Under the pieces are notes generated by a model, which saw nothing but the letters and a program-made list of their open reading frames with translations, searched no databases and was not told the origin of the DNA. This document shows positions 1 to 9,059 of a stretch of 64,000 nucleotides of DNA, piece after piece. Source of the stretch: an uncultured Rhodobacteraceae bacterium (lineage in GTDB: Bacteria > Pseudomonadota > Alphaproteobacteria > Rhodobacterales > Rhodobacteraceae); the NCBI GenBank assembly GCA_937983405.1, contig CALJZN010000031.1, forward strand, positions 1,218 to 65,217, in the 5' to 3' direction. The translations under genes were made by a program, and so were the position numbers. Positions within the stretch are counted from its first letter, which is position 1, and each line of letters opens with the position of its first letter.

Positions 1-1433
1 GTCAGGTTGGTGGCCCGCGGGGCAAGGAACCCCACGCCCTCGGCCGCGATCTGCGCCCGGGAGACGCCATGCGCGGTCGCAAGCCGCTCGACGACCGCCT
101 GCGCCCGCTGGCGCGACAGCGCGACATTCGCGGCAAGGCTCCCGGTCGCGTCGGAATGGCCCACCAGCACGACGCGCCGCGCGGGGTCGGCGGCGAGATA
201 GGCCGCAAGCGCGACGAGCGAGGGGAAGGGGCCGGGGCCGAGGCGCGTGGCGCCGCTCTCGAAGGTCAGGTCGTCCAGCGCGACGCGGCCCTCGGCCTCG
301 AGGAGGGCGCCGAGGCTGTCGGGGGGCGGCGTCGGGCCGGGCGCGGGCCCGGGGGGCGGGCGCGCGGCGTCGGCCGTCACCGGCGGCGCGGCTGCGACCT
401 CGGTGATCTGGACATGGCCCTGGCTGCGCGAGCGGCTTGCGACCACGGCGACCAGCGTCTGGGGCCCGTCCGGCGGCCCGCGCTCTGCCAGCAGGTAGCG
501 GAAATCGCCGAGATCGACGTGCATCGCGGGCTCGGGCAGCAGCTCGAGCAGGAAGCGGAAGTCGAAGCCGCCGCAGGCGCGCGCCGCGCAGTCGTAGACG
601 ATGGCGAACCCGCCCGCGCGAAGCTGGTCGCGCAGCGGCGCGATCAGCGCCAGCGTGCCCCCCTCGGGCAGCGGCATGCGCCAGGCCGAGAGCGACAGCG
701 TCCCCTCGGCCCGGCGTGTCGCGGTGCCCTCGGGCCGCCAGGGGCCGGCGGGCAGGTCGATGTCGGCCCAGGGGCTCTGCCGCTCGCCGGTGCGTTCGGC
801 CCCGGCCGGCAGGGTGATGGCCGCCCTCGCCGCGGCCGGCAGGAGCACCCCGGCGCCGAGCACGGCGGCCCACAGCGCCGCCCAGCGCAGCAGCCGGGCG
901 GCAACGCCCCGGCGGCGGCAGCGCGGCGCCACCTGCAGCGCGTGCGGCATGGCGATGTCGCCCGCGACGGCGCAGACGGCGGCGCCGGCCGGGCGGTCGT
1001 TCTCGCGCGCGGGCAGGAAGGTCCGGCGGGCGGCAACCCGCGCCATCACGGCCAGCTGTTCCGGCCCGGTGCCGCCCTCGGCCCAGAGCCCGGCCATGAC
1101 TGCCAGCGGCGCCTCGGCCGGGATCACCGTCCGCGGCAGAGGCGGGGCGGCCGGCCGGGCGGCCGGCACGGCCAGCAGCAGCGTGGGGTCCACCCGCCGC
1201 AGGCCGCGATCGGCAATGCGCGCGTCCGGCCCCCCCTGCCCCGGGCGCAGGCGGAAGAGCGGCGCCGCCCCCATCGCGGCCTGGCCCGGGTTGCCCACCG
1301 CGGTGGCGGCCGAGACGCGCCTGCCCCCGCCCGCCCTGTCGCGCCGCAGGAAGGGCCCGAGGCGACGGGTCGCGGCGGCGGGCCGGGTCGCCGCCAGCGC
1401 GGCCTCGAGCCGGGCGGGATCGGGCAGGCTCAC
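1..1433 (-). CDS. OmpA-family peptidoglycan-associated protein; 3' end lies outside the window; start uncertain (GTG 1433 or ATG 950)
   Basis: Hand translation of the minus strand; absent from the ORF track because it runs off the edge. The C-terminal OmpA-like motif is RRVVLVGHSDATGSLAANVALSRQRAQAVVERLATAHGV...EGVGFLAPRATNL. A signal/TM-like RLLRWAALWAAVLGAGVLLPAAARA follows ATG 950. The same frame stays open with about 95% GC3 up to GTG 1433, which overlaps the upstream gene's stop (GTGA). Confidence 0.7.
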   Translation of the reverse strand, partial: MSLPDPARLEAALAATRPAAATRRLGPFLRRDRAGGGRRVSAATAVGNPGQAAMGAAPLFRLRPGQGGPDARIADRGLRRVDPTLLLAVPAARPAAPPLPRTVIPAEAPLAVMAGLWAEGGTGPEQLAVMARVAARRTFLPARENDRPAGAAVCAVAGDIAMPHALQVAPRCRRRGVAARLLRWAALWAAVLGAGVLLPAAARAAITLPAGAERTGERQSPWADIDLPAGPWRPEGTATRRAEGTLSLSAWRMPLPEGGTLALIAPLRDQLRAGGFAIVYDCAARACGGFDFRFLLELLPEPAMHVDLGDFRYLLAERGPPDGPQTLVAVVASRSRSQGHVQITEVAAAPPVTADAARPPPGPAPGPTPPPDSLGALLEAEGRVALDDLTFESGATRLGPGPFPSLVALAAYLAADPARRVVLVGHSDATGSLAANVALSRQRAQAVVERLATAHGVSRAQIAAEGVGFLAPRATNL

Positions 1434-2161
1434 CCTTCGTCCCGGGGGAACAGCGCGGCGAGGCGCAGCATCGCGGCGTCCACGCGCGCGCCGTCGCAGC
1501 CCCGGACGACGAGGTTGGTGCCGTGGGCGCCGTTCTGCACGAACGGATACGAGCCGAAGGACAGATCGGGGTATTCGGCCGCCAGCGCCGCGAGCGGCGC
1601 CGCGATCTCGCCCTCGCCGCGGTCCACCCGCAAGGTCTGCGTCAACAGCGGCGTGCCGCCCGTGATCGTGGCCAGGACCGAAGCAACCATCGCCTGGAAG
1701 ATGTTGGGCACCCCCGCCAGCACATGCACGTTGCCCAGGGTGAAGCCGGGGGCGGCCGAGACCGGGTTGTCGATCAGCGTCGCGCCCTCGGGGATGCGCG
1801 CCATGCGCAGGCGGGCCTCGTTCAGCTCCTGCCCGCGGCTGGCGTAGTGGGCGGCAAGGATGGCGCGGGCATCCTCGCGCACTGCAAGCGGCAGGCCGAA
1901 GGCGGTCGCCACCGCCTCGGCGGTGATGTCGTCGTGGGTGGGGCCGATCCCGCCCGAGGTGAAAAGATGGTCATGGGCGCCGCGCAGCGCGTTCACGGCG
2001 GCGATGATCGCGGCGCGGTCGTCGGGCACGATCCGCGCCTCGCGCAGGTCGATCCCGATGCGGCACAGCTCGCCCGCGAGGTGGTGCAGGTTCCCCTCGC
2101 GGGTGCGCCCCGAGAGGATCTCGTCGCCGATCACCAGCATGGCGGCGGTGGGATTGGGCAT
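1430..2161 (-). CDS. CinA-like molybdopterin-binding (MoCF biosynthesis) domain protein, without a PncC domain
   Basis: 243-aa ORF. Motifs AAMLVIGDEILSGRTREGNLHHLA and FTSGGIGPTHDDITAEAV are typical of the CinA N-terminal/MoCF-binding domain. Confidence 0.85.
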   Translation of the reverse strand: MPNPTAAMLVIGDEILSGRTREGNLHHLAGELCRIGIDLREARIVPDDRAAIIAAVNALRGAHDHLFTSGGIGPTHDDITAEAVATAFGLPLAVREDARAILAAHYASRGQELNEARLRMARIPEGATLIDNPVSAAPGFTLGNVHVLAGVPNIFQAMVASVLATITGGTPLLTQTLRVDRGEGEIAAPLAALAAEYPDLSFGSYPFVQNGAHGTNLVVRGCDGARVDAAMLRLAALFPRDEG

Positions 2162-2211
2162 GGGCGCGGGCCTCCTTGCGGGCGGATGGCCGCCGGTATA
2201 GGGCCACGGCG

Positions 2212-2910
2212 ATGCGCTTTCAAACCCCCCTCGTGCCCGCGCGGCTGGTGCGGCGCTACCAGCGCTTCCTGGCCGACATGGACATGGGCGGCGGCCGGGT
2301 TGCGACGGTGCACTGCCCCAATCCCGGCGCGATGCTGGGGCTGGCCGAGCCGGGGATGCGCTGCTGGATCGAGCCCGCGCCGCCCGGCCGCAGGCTGGCC
2401 TTCGGCTGGCGGCTGGTCGAGCTGCCCGGCGGGCACTGGGCCGGCATCGACACCGGCGTGCCCAACCGCGTGGTGGCCGAGGCGCTGCGGGCAGGGGCGA
2501 TCCCTTCGCTTGCAGGCTACGCCCGGGTCCGGGCCGAGGTGCCCTATGGCCGCGCCAGCCGCGTGGACTTCCTGCTCGAGGGGGCGGGGCAGCCGCCGGC
2601 CCATGTCGAGGTCAAGAACGTCCATCTGCGGCGGACGGACGACTGGGCCGAGTTTCCCGACTGCGTCACCGCCCGCGGCACGCGGCATCTGGACGAGCTG
2701 GCGCGGGTCGCCGCCGGCGGCGGGCGGGCGGTGATGCTCTATCTCGTCCAGCGCAGCGACTGCGCGCGCTTCCGCCTTGCCGCCGATCTCGACCCCGCCT
2801 ATGCCGCGGCCTTCGCCCGCGCCCGGGCGGCGGGGGTCGAGGCGATGGTCTGGGACTGCCGCATCTCGCCCGAAGGCGTGGCGCTGGGCCGGCCGCTGCC
2901 CCTGGCCTGA
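2212..2910 (+). CDS. sfsA: Sugar fermentation stimulation protein SfsA (nuclease-fold DNA-binding protein)
   Basis: The ORF reads MRFQTPLVPARLVRRYQRFLADM...VHCPNPGAM...RVDFLL...HVEVKNVHL...FPDCVTARGTRHLDEL. ATG 2212 matches the usual SfsA N-terminus; the track ORF starts 12 codons earlier. Confidence 0.9.
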   Translation: MRFQTPLVPARLVRRYQRFLADMDMGGGRVATVHCPNPGAMLGLAEPGMRCWIEPAPPGRRLAFGWRLVELPGGHWAGIDTGVPNRVVAEALRAGAIPSLAGYARVRAEVPYGRASRVDFLLEGAGQPPAHVEVKNVHLRRTDDWAEFPDCVTARGTRHLDELARVAAGGGRAVMLYLVQRSDCARFRLAADLDPAYAAAFARARAAGVEAMVWDCRISPEGVALGRPLPLA

Positions 2911-2999
2911 GCGCGGGCAGCGCCCCTCTGGCCTTTGGCCGCGTCCGGTCCTATCTTGCCGAGGAGCGACAGGAACGCACAGCGGCGGGGACGGGGCCC

Positions 3000-3869
3000 T
3001 TGGACGGATCGCGCGGCCGGCTGACCAAAGACGGCATCAGACTGCACGAGGCGGCAGATTTCGCCGGGATGCGCCGTGCGGGGGCGGTGGCGGCGGGCAT
3101 CCTCGATGCCATCGCGTCCGAGGTCCGCGTGGGCGCGACCACGGCCGGGATCGACGCCGAGATCGGGCGGCTGGTCGAGGCCGCCGGGGCGGTCTCGGCC
3201 ACCATCGGCTACCGCGGCTATCAGCATGCGAGCTGCATCAGCGTCAACCATGTCGTCTGCCACGGCATCCCGGGCTCGCCCATCCCGAAGTGGAAGGGCG
3301 AGACCAACAGCACCCGCGAGGATCCGCTGCGCCCCGACGACCGGCTGCGCGACGGCGACATCCTCAACATCGACGTGACGGTGATCGTGGACGGCTGGTA
3401 TGGCGACAGCAGCCGCATGTATGTCGCGGGCAGCCTGCGGCCCTATGCGCGGCGGCTCCTCGACGTGACGCACGAGGCCCTGATGCGGGGCATCGCGGCC
3501 GTCCGTCCGGGCGCCACCTTCGGCGACATCGGCCATGCGATCCAGAGCTTCGTCGAGGGGCAGGGCATGTCGGTGGTGCGCGATTTCTGTGGCCACGGCC
3601 TCGGCCGGGTGTTCCACGCGCCGCCGAACGTGCTGCACTACGGCCGCCCCGGCACCGGCCCGGTGCTGGAGGAGGGGATGTTCTTTACCATCGAGCCGAT
3701 GGTCAACCTCGGCCGGCCCGAGACCAAGGTGCTGGCCGACGACTGGACGGCGGTGACGCGCGACAAGTCGCTGTCGGCGCAGTTCGAGCATTCGGTGGGG
3801 GTGACGGCCGGGGGGGCCGAGATCTTCACCCTCTCGCCTGCGGGCCGCTTCCACCCGACCTGGGGCTGA
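3000..3869 (+). CDS. map: Type I methionine aminopeptidase
   Basis: 289-aa ORF with a TTG start. Motifs: SCISVNHVVCHGIP, NIDVTVIVDGWYGDSSRMY, FCGHGLGRVFH, FTIEPM, SAQFEHSVGVT (metal ligands and fold). Confidence 0.92.
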   Translation: MDGSRGRLTKDGIRLHEAADFAGMRRAGAVAAGILDAIASEVRVGATTAGIDAEIGRLVEAAGAVSATIGYRGYQHASCISVNHVVCHGIPGSPIPKWKGETNSTREDPLRPDDRLRDGDILNIDVTVIVDGWYGDSSRMYVAGSLRPYARRLLDVTHEALMRGIAAVRPGATFGDIGHAIQSFVEGQGMSVVRDFCGHGLGRVFHAPPNVLHYGRPGTGPVLEEGMFFTIEPMVNLGRPETKVLADDWTAVTRDKSLSAQFEHSVGVTAGGAEIFTLSPAGRFHPTWG

Positions 3870-3878
3870 GCGCGCAGC

Positions 3879-5399
3879 GTGTCGCGCCGTGCCGTCCTTG
3901 CGCGCCTGCTGGTCGCGGCGGCGGCGCTGGCCGCGATCGCGCTGGCGGTCCTGCGGCTCGAGGCGGCGGGGGCCGGGATCGCCCGCGCGCCGCTGGCCGT
4001 CGCGGGGGGGACGCCCGCAACGGTGTTCCGGCTGCCGGGCGCGGGGCCCGCGCCTGTGGTCGTCATCGCTCACGGCTTTGCCGGCTCGCGCCAGCTGATG
4101 CTGCCCTTCGCGCTGACGCTGGCGCGGGCGGGCTACATCGCCGTGACCTTCGACCTCGAGGGGCACGGCCGCAACCCCGTCCCGATGTCGGGCGATGTGA
4201 CGCGCATCGACGGCACGACCCGGCTTCTGATGGCCGAGGTCGGGCGGGTGGCGGATGCCGCGTTGGCCCTGCCCGGCGCCGACGGGCGGCTGGCGCTCTT
4301 GGGCCATTCGATGGCCTCGGACATCGTGGTGCGGCAGGCGCTGGCCGATCCGCGGGTGGGCGCGGTGGTGGCGGTCTCGATGTTCTCCGAGGCGGTGACG
4401 GCCGAGGCGCCGCGCAACCTGCTGGTGATCGCGGGACAGTGGGAGGCGTTCCTGGCCGGGGAGGCGCTGCGCGCGCTGCGCCTGGCCGACCCCGCTGCAG
4501 GCCCGGGCGCGACGGTGGGCGACCCTGCGGCAGGGACCGGCCGGCGCGCGGTGATCGCGCCCGCGGTCGAGCATGTGGGCGTGCTCTACTCTGCCACCGC
4601 CCTGGCCGAGGCGCGCGCCTGGCTCGATGCCGCCTTCGGCCGCGCGCCCGCGCAGGGCCCCGTGGCGGCGATCGGCGGCTGGGTGGCGCTGCTCATGGCG
4701 GCAGTGGTGGCGCTGGCCTGGCCGCTGGCGGCGCTGGCCCGCGGCCTGCGTCCGGCGGCAGCCCCGCCTCGGCTGCCGCGCGGGCGGTTCCTGGCCGCGG
4801 CGCTGCTTCCGGCCGCGGCGGTGCCGCTGGGCCTGGGCCTGTTCGACACCCGCTTCCTGCCGGTGCTGGTGGCCGACTATCTTGCGCTGCACCTTCTGGC
4901 CTACGGTGCGGCGGCCCTGACGCTGGCGGGCCTGTGGGGCGGGCTGCGCCGGCCGCGGGGCCTTGCGGCCACGCTGCTGCTGGGGCTTGCGGTGGCGGCC
5001 TTCGGCATCGGCCTCTGGGGCGGCGCGCTGCATCGCTACGCCGTCAACTTCCTGCCGGGGCCCGAGCGCGCGGCGGTGATCCTGGCCATCGCCGCCGGCG
5101 CGGTGCCCTTCATGCTGGCCGACGCGGTGCTGACCGAGGGCGGGCGCGCGCCGCTCTGGCGCGCGCTTGCGGCACGCGGCGCGTTCCTTGCATCGCTTGG
5201 CCTGGCGGTGGCGCTGGATTTCGAGCGGCTGTTCTTCCTGCTCATTATCCTGCCGCTGGTGCTGCTGTTCTTCCTTCTGTTCGGCACCATGGGGGGCTGG
5301 ATCGGGCGCGCCTCGGGCCGGCCGGCGGCGGCGGGGCTGGGCCTGGGCCTGGTGCTCGCCTGGGCGCTGGGGGTGACGTTTCCGATGTTCGCAGGCTAG
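3879..5399 (+). CDS. Alpha/beta-hydrolase domain fused to a C-terminal polytopic membrane domain
   Basis: 506-aa ORF with a GTG start. It has an N-terminal anchor, VVVIAHGFAGS and the nucleophile elbow LLGHSMASD. The C-terminal half (about 250 aa) is strongly hydrophobic with multiple helices, e.g. FFLLIILPLVLLFFLLFGTMGGW. Confidence 0.7.
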   Translation: MSRRAVLARLLVAAAALAAIALAVLRLEAAGAGIARAPLAVAGGTPATVFRLPGAGPAPVVVIAHGFAGSRQLMLPFALTLARAGYIAVTFDLEGHGRNPVPMSGDVTRIDGTTRLLMAEVGRVADAALALPGADGRLALLGHSMASDIVVRQALADPRVGAVVAVSMFSEAVTAEAPRNLLVIAGQWEAFLAGEALRALRLADPAAGPGATVGDPAAGTGRRAVIAPAVEHVGVLYSATALAEARAWLDAAFGRAPAQGPVAAIGGWVALLMAAVVALAWPLAALARGLRPAAAPPRLPRGRFLAAALLPAAAVPLGLGLFDTRFLPVLVADYLALHLLAYGAAALTLAGLWGGLRRPRGLAATLLLGLAVAAFGIGLWGGALHRYAVNFLPGPERAAVILAIAAGAVPFMLADAVLTEGGRAPLWRALAARGAFLASLGLAVALDFERLFFLLIILPLVLLFFLLFGTMGGWIGRASGRPAAAGLGLGLVLAWALGVTFPMFAG

Positions 5400-5439
5400 G
5401 CCCACGCGGGCGTCGGGGCGGGGGCGGGGCGGCAGCCCC

Positions 5440-6354
5440 TCATGCCCCGTGCCGCAGGCGGCGCTGGCGCGGGTCGATCACGTCGCGCAGCCCGTCGCCC
5501 ATCAGGTTCAGCCCCAGCACCGCCACGGCGATGACGACGCCCGGAAAGACGGCGATCCACCACGCTTCCTGAACATAGCTGCGGCCGTCGGCGATGATGT
5601 TGCCCAGCGACGGCGCCGGGGGCGGCGGGCCGACGCCGAGAAAGCTCAGCACCGCCTCGGCGATGATCGCCACCGCGAAGACGAAGGTCAGCTGCACGAT
5701 CAGCGGCGAGAGCGCATTGGCCAGGATGTAGCGGACCACGATGCGGCCGTGGCCCGCGCCCACGGCATGGGCGGCCTCGATGTACTGCATCTCTTGCACC
5801 ACCATCACGCTGGCGCGCACCACCCGCGCGGTGCGCGGCGTGAAGGCCACCGTCAGCGCGATGGTCGCGTTGGTGGCCGAAGGCCCCAGCGCCGCCGCAA
5901 GCCCGATCGCCAGCAGCACGCCGGGGAAGGCCATCAGCCCGTCGAGAAAGCGCATGATCGGCCCGTCGAGCGGTCGGACGTAGCTGGCCGCGGTGCCGAG
6001 CAGGGTGCCGAAGATGCCGGTGAGCAGCACCACCGAGACCCCGATCTCCAGGCTCACGCGGGTGCCCCAGACGACGCGGCTGAGGATGTCGCGGCCGAAG
6101 CCGTCGGTGCCGAACCAGTGCGCGGCCGACGGCGGCGCCAGGATCGCGCGGTAGTTGATCCGCGTCGGGCCGTAGGGGGCGATGCAGGGGGCCAGCACCG
6201 CCGTCGCCACGAAGGCCGCGAGGATCGCAAAGCCGATCAGGAACGACGGGTGCCCAAACAGCCGCGCGGCGAACTGGCGCCGCCGCCGCCACCTGGCCCG
6301 GGCGATCTCGGCCCCGAGCGAGGCGGCCGCAGCATGTGCGGCGTCAGCGGGCAT
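5440..6354 (-). CDS. ABC transporter permease, DppC/OppC-like (peptide/nickel family)
   Basis: 304-aa ORF with a hydrophobic profile and the EAA-type loop YIEAAHAVGAGHGRIVVRYILANALSPLIV. It overlaps the upstream permease by 11 nt. Confidence 0.88.
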   Translation of the reverse strand: MPADAAHAAAASLGAEIARARWRRRRQFAARLFGHPSFLIGFAILAAFVATAVLAPCIAPYGPTRINYRAILAPPSAAHWFGTDGFGRDILSRVVWGTRVSLEIGVSVVLLTGIFGTLLGTAASYVRPLDGPIMRFLDGLMAFPGVLLAIGLAAALGPSATNATIALTVAFTPRTARVVRASVMVVQEMQYIEAAHAVGAGHGRIVVRYILANALSPLIVQLTFVFAVAIIAEAVLSFLGVGPPPPAPSLGNIIADGRSYVQEAWWIAVFPGVVIAVAVLGLNLMGDGLRDVIDPRQRRLRHGA

Positions 6355-7291
6355 CGCGCACCCTCGGGTCGAACCAGCCGTAGAGCAGGTCGACGACGAT
6401 GTTGACGAAGACGAAGACGCAGGCCGTCACCAGAAGCCCGCCCTGCACCACCGGAAAGTCGCGCCGCTGGATTGCCCCGATGATCAGCCGCCCGACCCCG
6501 GGCAGCGAATACACCTGTTCGATCACCACCGCCCCGGACAGCAGGACCCCGGTGATCACGCCCACGACCGTGACGATGGGGATCATCGCGTTGCGCAGCG
6601 CGTGGCGGAAGATCACCGTGCCGCGCCGCATCCCCTTGGCGCGCGCGGTGCGCACATAGTCCTGCCCGAGCACGTCGAGCATCGAGGACCGCGTCATCCG
6701 CGCGATCACGCCCATCTGGGTGAGGGCGAGGGTAAAGGCCGGCAGCACCATGCTGCGCGCCCAGCCGACGGGATCCTCGGACAGGGGCACGAAGCCGCCT
6801 GTGGGCAGCCAGCCCAGCCAGACGCCGAACAGGATGATCAGCACGATCCCGAACCAGAAGTCCGGCGTCGACAGGCCGATCAGCGCGACGACGGTGGCGC
6901 CCCGGTCCACCCAGGTATTGTGCCGCACGGCGGCAAGGATGCCCAGCAGCACGCCCATCACCGTGGCCAGCAGCAGCGAAAGCCCGGCCAGCGACAGGGT
7001 GACGGGCAGCCGCTCGAACACCGCCTCGGCGACCGGGCGGTTGAGCAGGTAGGAATAGCCCAAATCGCCCTGCAGGAGGGCGCCGTACCAGGCCAGCGCG
7101 CGTTCCCACAGCGGCCGGTCGAGGCCGAGGCGCTGGCGGATCGCCTCGAGATCGGCGGCGGTGGCGTCGGTGCCGCCCAACTCGGCCGAGATGTCGCCGG
7201 GCACGAGCCACATCAGCCCGAAGGTCACGACCGAGACGACGAACAGCACCGGAACGGCGCTGAGCAGTCGGGCGAGGAGGAATCGGATCAC
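6344..7291 (-). CDS. ABC transporter permease, DppB/OppB-like
   Basis: 315-aa ORF. MIRFLLARLLSAVPVLFVVSVVTF..., the loop DYVRTARAKGMRRGTVIFRHALRNAMIPIVT, and the C-terminal VDLLYGWFDPRVR. Confidence 0.9.
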   Translation of the reverse strand: MIRFLLARLLSAVPVLFVVSVVTFGLMWLVPGDISAELGGTDATAADLEAIRQRLGLDRPLWERALAWYGALLQGDLGYSYLLNRPVAEAVFERLPVTLSLAGLSLLLATVMGVLLGILAAVRHNTWVDRGATVVALIGLSTPDFWFGIVLIILFGVWLGWLPTGGFVPLSEDPVGWARSMVLPAFTLALTQMGVIARMTRSSMLDVLGQDYVRTARAKGMRRGTVIFRHALRNAMIPIVTVVGVITGVLLSGAVVIEQVYSLPGVGRLIIGAIQRRDFPVVQGGLLVTACVFVFVNIVVDLLYGWFDPRVRDAR

Positions 7292-7371
7292 GCGGGCCGG
7301 ACCTGCTGCTGGGGGTCGAGGGACGGGTGCGGCGGCGGGGGGCCGCCGCCGCGCGGCTCGGGGCGCGGGCG

Positions 7372-8946
7372 TCAGCCCTCGAGCCAGATGTCATGCATCC
7401 GCGGGAAGCGGAAGGCGGTGTAGCCCTTCACGTTCGACCGCGCCGCGGCCATGATGCCCGAGTCGCCCAGCTTGACGATGCCGAAGATCTCGTAGAGCCG
7501 CTGCTGGATCTTGCGGAAGGTTGCCTGCCGCGCCTCGACGGTGGGGCCCGAGATCAGCGCCTGATAGAGCGCATCGAGCGTCGGGTCGGGCACCACGAAA
7601 TGCGGCCGTGCGGGCGAGGCCAGCGTGGCCGTCACCGCCACCGGCCCGAGATAGGGCTCGATCCCCATCTGCAGCGTCCAGCCGTTCCAGCCGCTGTCCT
7701 GCAGCCGCAGGTTCAGCGCCGTGGGCCAGTCCACCATGTTGATGCGCGCGTTGATGCCCATCGCCTTGAGCTGCTCGGCGATCACCACCGCAGCCTTGTT
7801 GTGCTGCGGGATGTTGCTGTCGGTGAGCAGCACGAACTCCTCGCCGTTGTAGCCCGCCTCGCGCAACAGCGCCTTGGCGCGGTCGATGTCGCCGAGGTTG
7901 TAGTATTCGGCGCCGATCTCGCCCGGATCGTAGGTGGTGCCGGGATACTGCCAGCGGTGGTTGAGCTGATAGAGCCCCTCGCTGGAGATGGCCATCACCT
8001 CTTCCATGTTCATGCCGACCTGGATCGCCTCGCGGACCTTGAGGTTGTCGGTGGGCGGGGCGGCGGCGTTGAGGATGAACACCGAGAAGGCCCAGGGCAT
8101 GTTCTCGAACAGCGTGATGTCGGGGCTCGAGGCCAGCCGCCGGGCGGCGGGCATCGGGATCGCCTCGAGGATATGGACCTCGCCCGCCTCGAGCGCGGCC
8201 ACGCGCGCCCCCGCCTCGGTGATGACGCGGAAGGTGACGCGGTCGATCCAGGCTGTCTTGCGCCCGCCGAAGCCGTCGGGGCCGTCATGGCGGCCGTCCT
8301 GGCTGTAGCCGTCGAAGCGTTCGAGCGTCACATGGCTGTCGGGGACATAGTCCACGAACTTGAAGGGCCCGGTGCCCACGAGGCTGGTCTTGCCCGGGTC
8401 GGCGTCGGCGTCGTCCTCGGGGATGATGACCGCCGGCGCGCGGGGCGAGGCGAAGCTCTCGATGAAGGTGGGGGCAGGGGCGACCATGTGGAAGGTCACC
8501 TCGTACTCGCCGGTGATCTCGATCTCGCGCACCGGCGACAGCAGGTTGGCGGTGGCGCCGACGCGACGGTAGCGCTCGAGCGAGGCCTTGACGTCGCGCG
8601 CGGTCATCTCCTTGCCGTTGTGGAACATCACGCCTTTGCGCAGCGGGATGACATAGGTCATCCCGTCGTCCGAGACGGTATAGCCCTCGGCCAGGATCGG
8701 GATCGGCACGATCGCCTCGCTGAAGCCGAACAGCGTCTCGTACATGTTCATCGTGATGTTGCGCGACGCCTGCGACGAGGTCACCATCCCGTCCAGGCTG
8801 GGCGGGTTCGACCCCTGCGCAAAGATCACATGGCCCCCGCGCGTCTGCGCGTCGACGAGGCCGGGCGCGAGGGCGGCAGTCAGGGCAAGCGCCCCGGCAA
8901 CGCCGAGCCCGCGCACGGCGCGGGCGATGGTCCGATGCGGTTTCAT
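7372..8946 (-). CDS. ABC transporter substrate-binding protein, family 5 (peptide/nickel type)
   Basis: 524-aa ORF with a signal peptide (ALALTAALAPGLVDAQ). The length and motifs (PPSLDG..., RVTFRVITEAGARVAALEAGEV) fit SBP family 5, and it heads the permease operon. Confidence 0.88.
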   Translation of the reverse strand: MKPHRTIARAVRGLGVAGALALTAALAPGLVDAQTRGGHVIFAQGSNPPSLDGMVTSSQASRNITMNMYETLFGFSEAIVPIPILAEGYTVSDDGMTYVIPLRKGVMFHNGKEMTARDVKASLERYRRVGATANLLSPVREIEITGEYEVTFHMVAPAPTFIESFASPRAPAVIIPEDDADADPGKTSLVGTGPFKFVDYVPDSHVTLERFDGYSQDGRHDGPDGFGGRKTAWIDRVTFRVITEAGARVAALEAGEVHILEAIPMPAARRLASSPDITLFENMPWAFSVFILNAAAPPTDNLKVREAIQVGMNMEEVMAISSEGLYQLNHRWQYPGTTYDPGEIGAEYYNLGDIDRAKALLREAGYNGEEFVLLTDSNIPQHNKAAVVIAEQLKAMGINARINMVDWPTALNLRLQDSGWNGWTLQMGIEPYLGPVAVTATLASPARPHFVVPDPTLDALYQALISGPTVEARQATFRKIQQRLYEIFGIVKLGDSGIMAAARSNVKGYTAFRFPRMHDIWLEG

Positions 8947-9037
8947 GGTTCTGTAACGCTCCCTTGCCGGTTTCTGTCGACGCTGCCCGGGAAACTTGCC
9001 GCCCCCGTGCTTTCCCGGTATAAGCGGGCCCGGGAAA

Positions 9038-9059
9038 GATCGTATAATCGTATACGATC
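9038..9059. promoter_or_regulatory. Perfect 9-4-9 inverted repeat GATCGTATA-ATCG-TATACGATC; candidate GntR-type operator
   Basis: Read directly. It lies in a locally AT-rich divergent spacer between the SBP gene (start 8946) and the GntR gene (start 9097). The GT..AC core fits GntR/FadR-type half-sites. Confidence 0.45.

Noticed and set aside
69-1847. 592-aa plus-strand ORF (and nested ORFs 247-498, 437-817, 601-1665) at the left edge
   Set aside because: The products are Arg/Ala/Gly/Ser-rich with no recognisable motif. They lie antisense to a minus-strand frame that has an OmpA domain, a signal peptide and about 95% GC3, and antisense to the CinA-like gene. This is a typical mirror-frame artefact in high-GC DNA.
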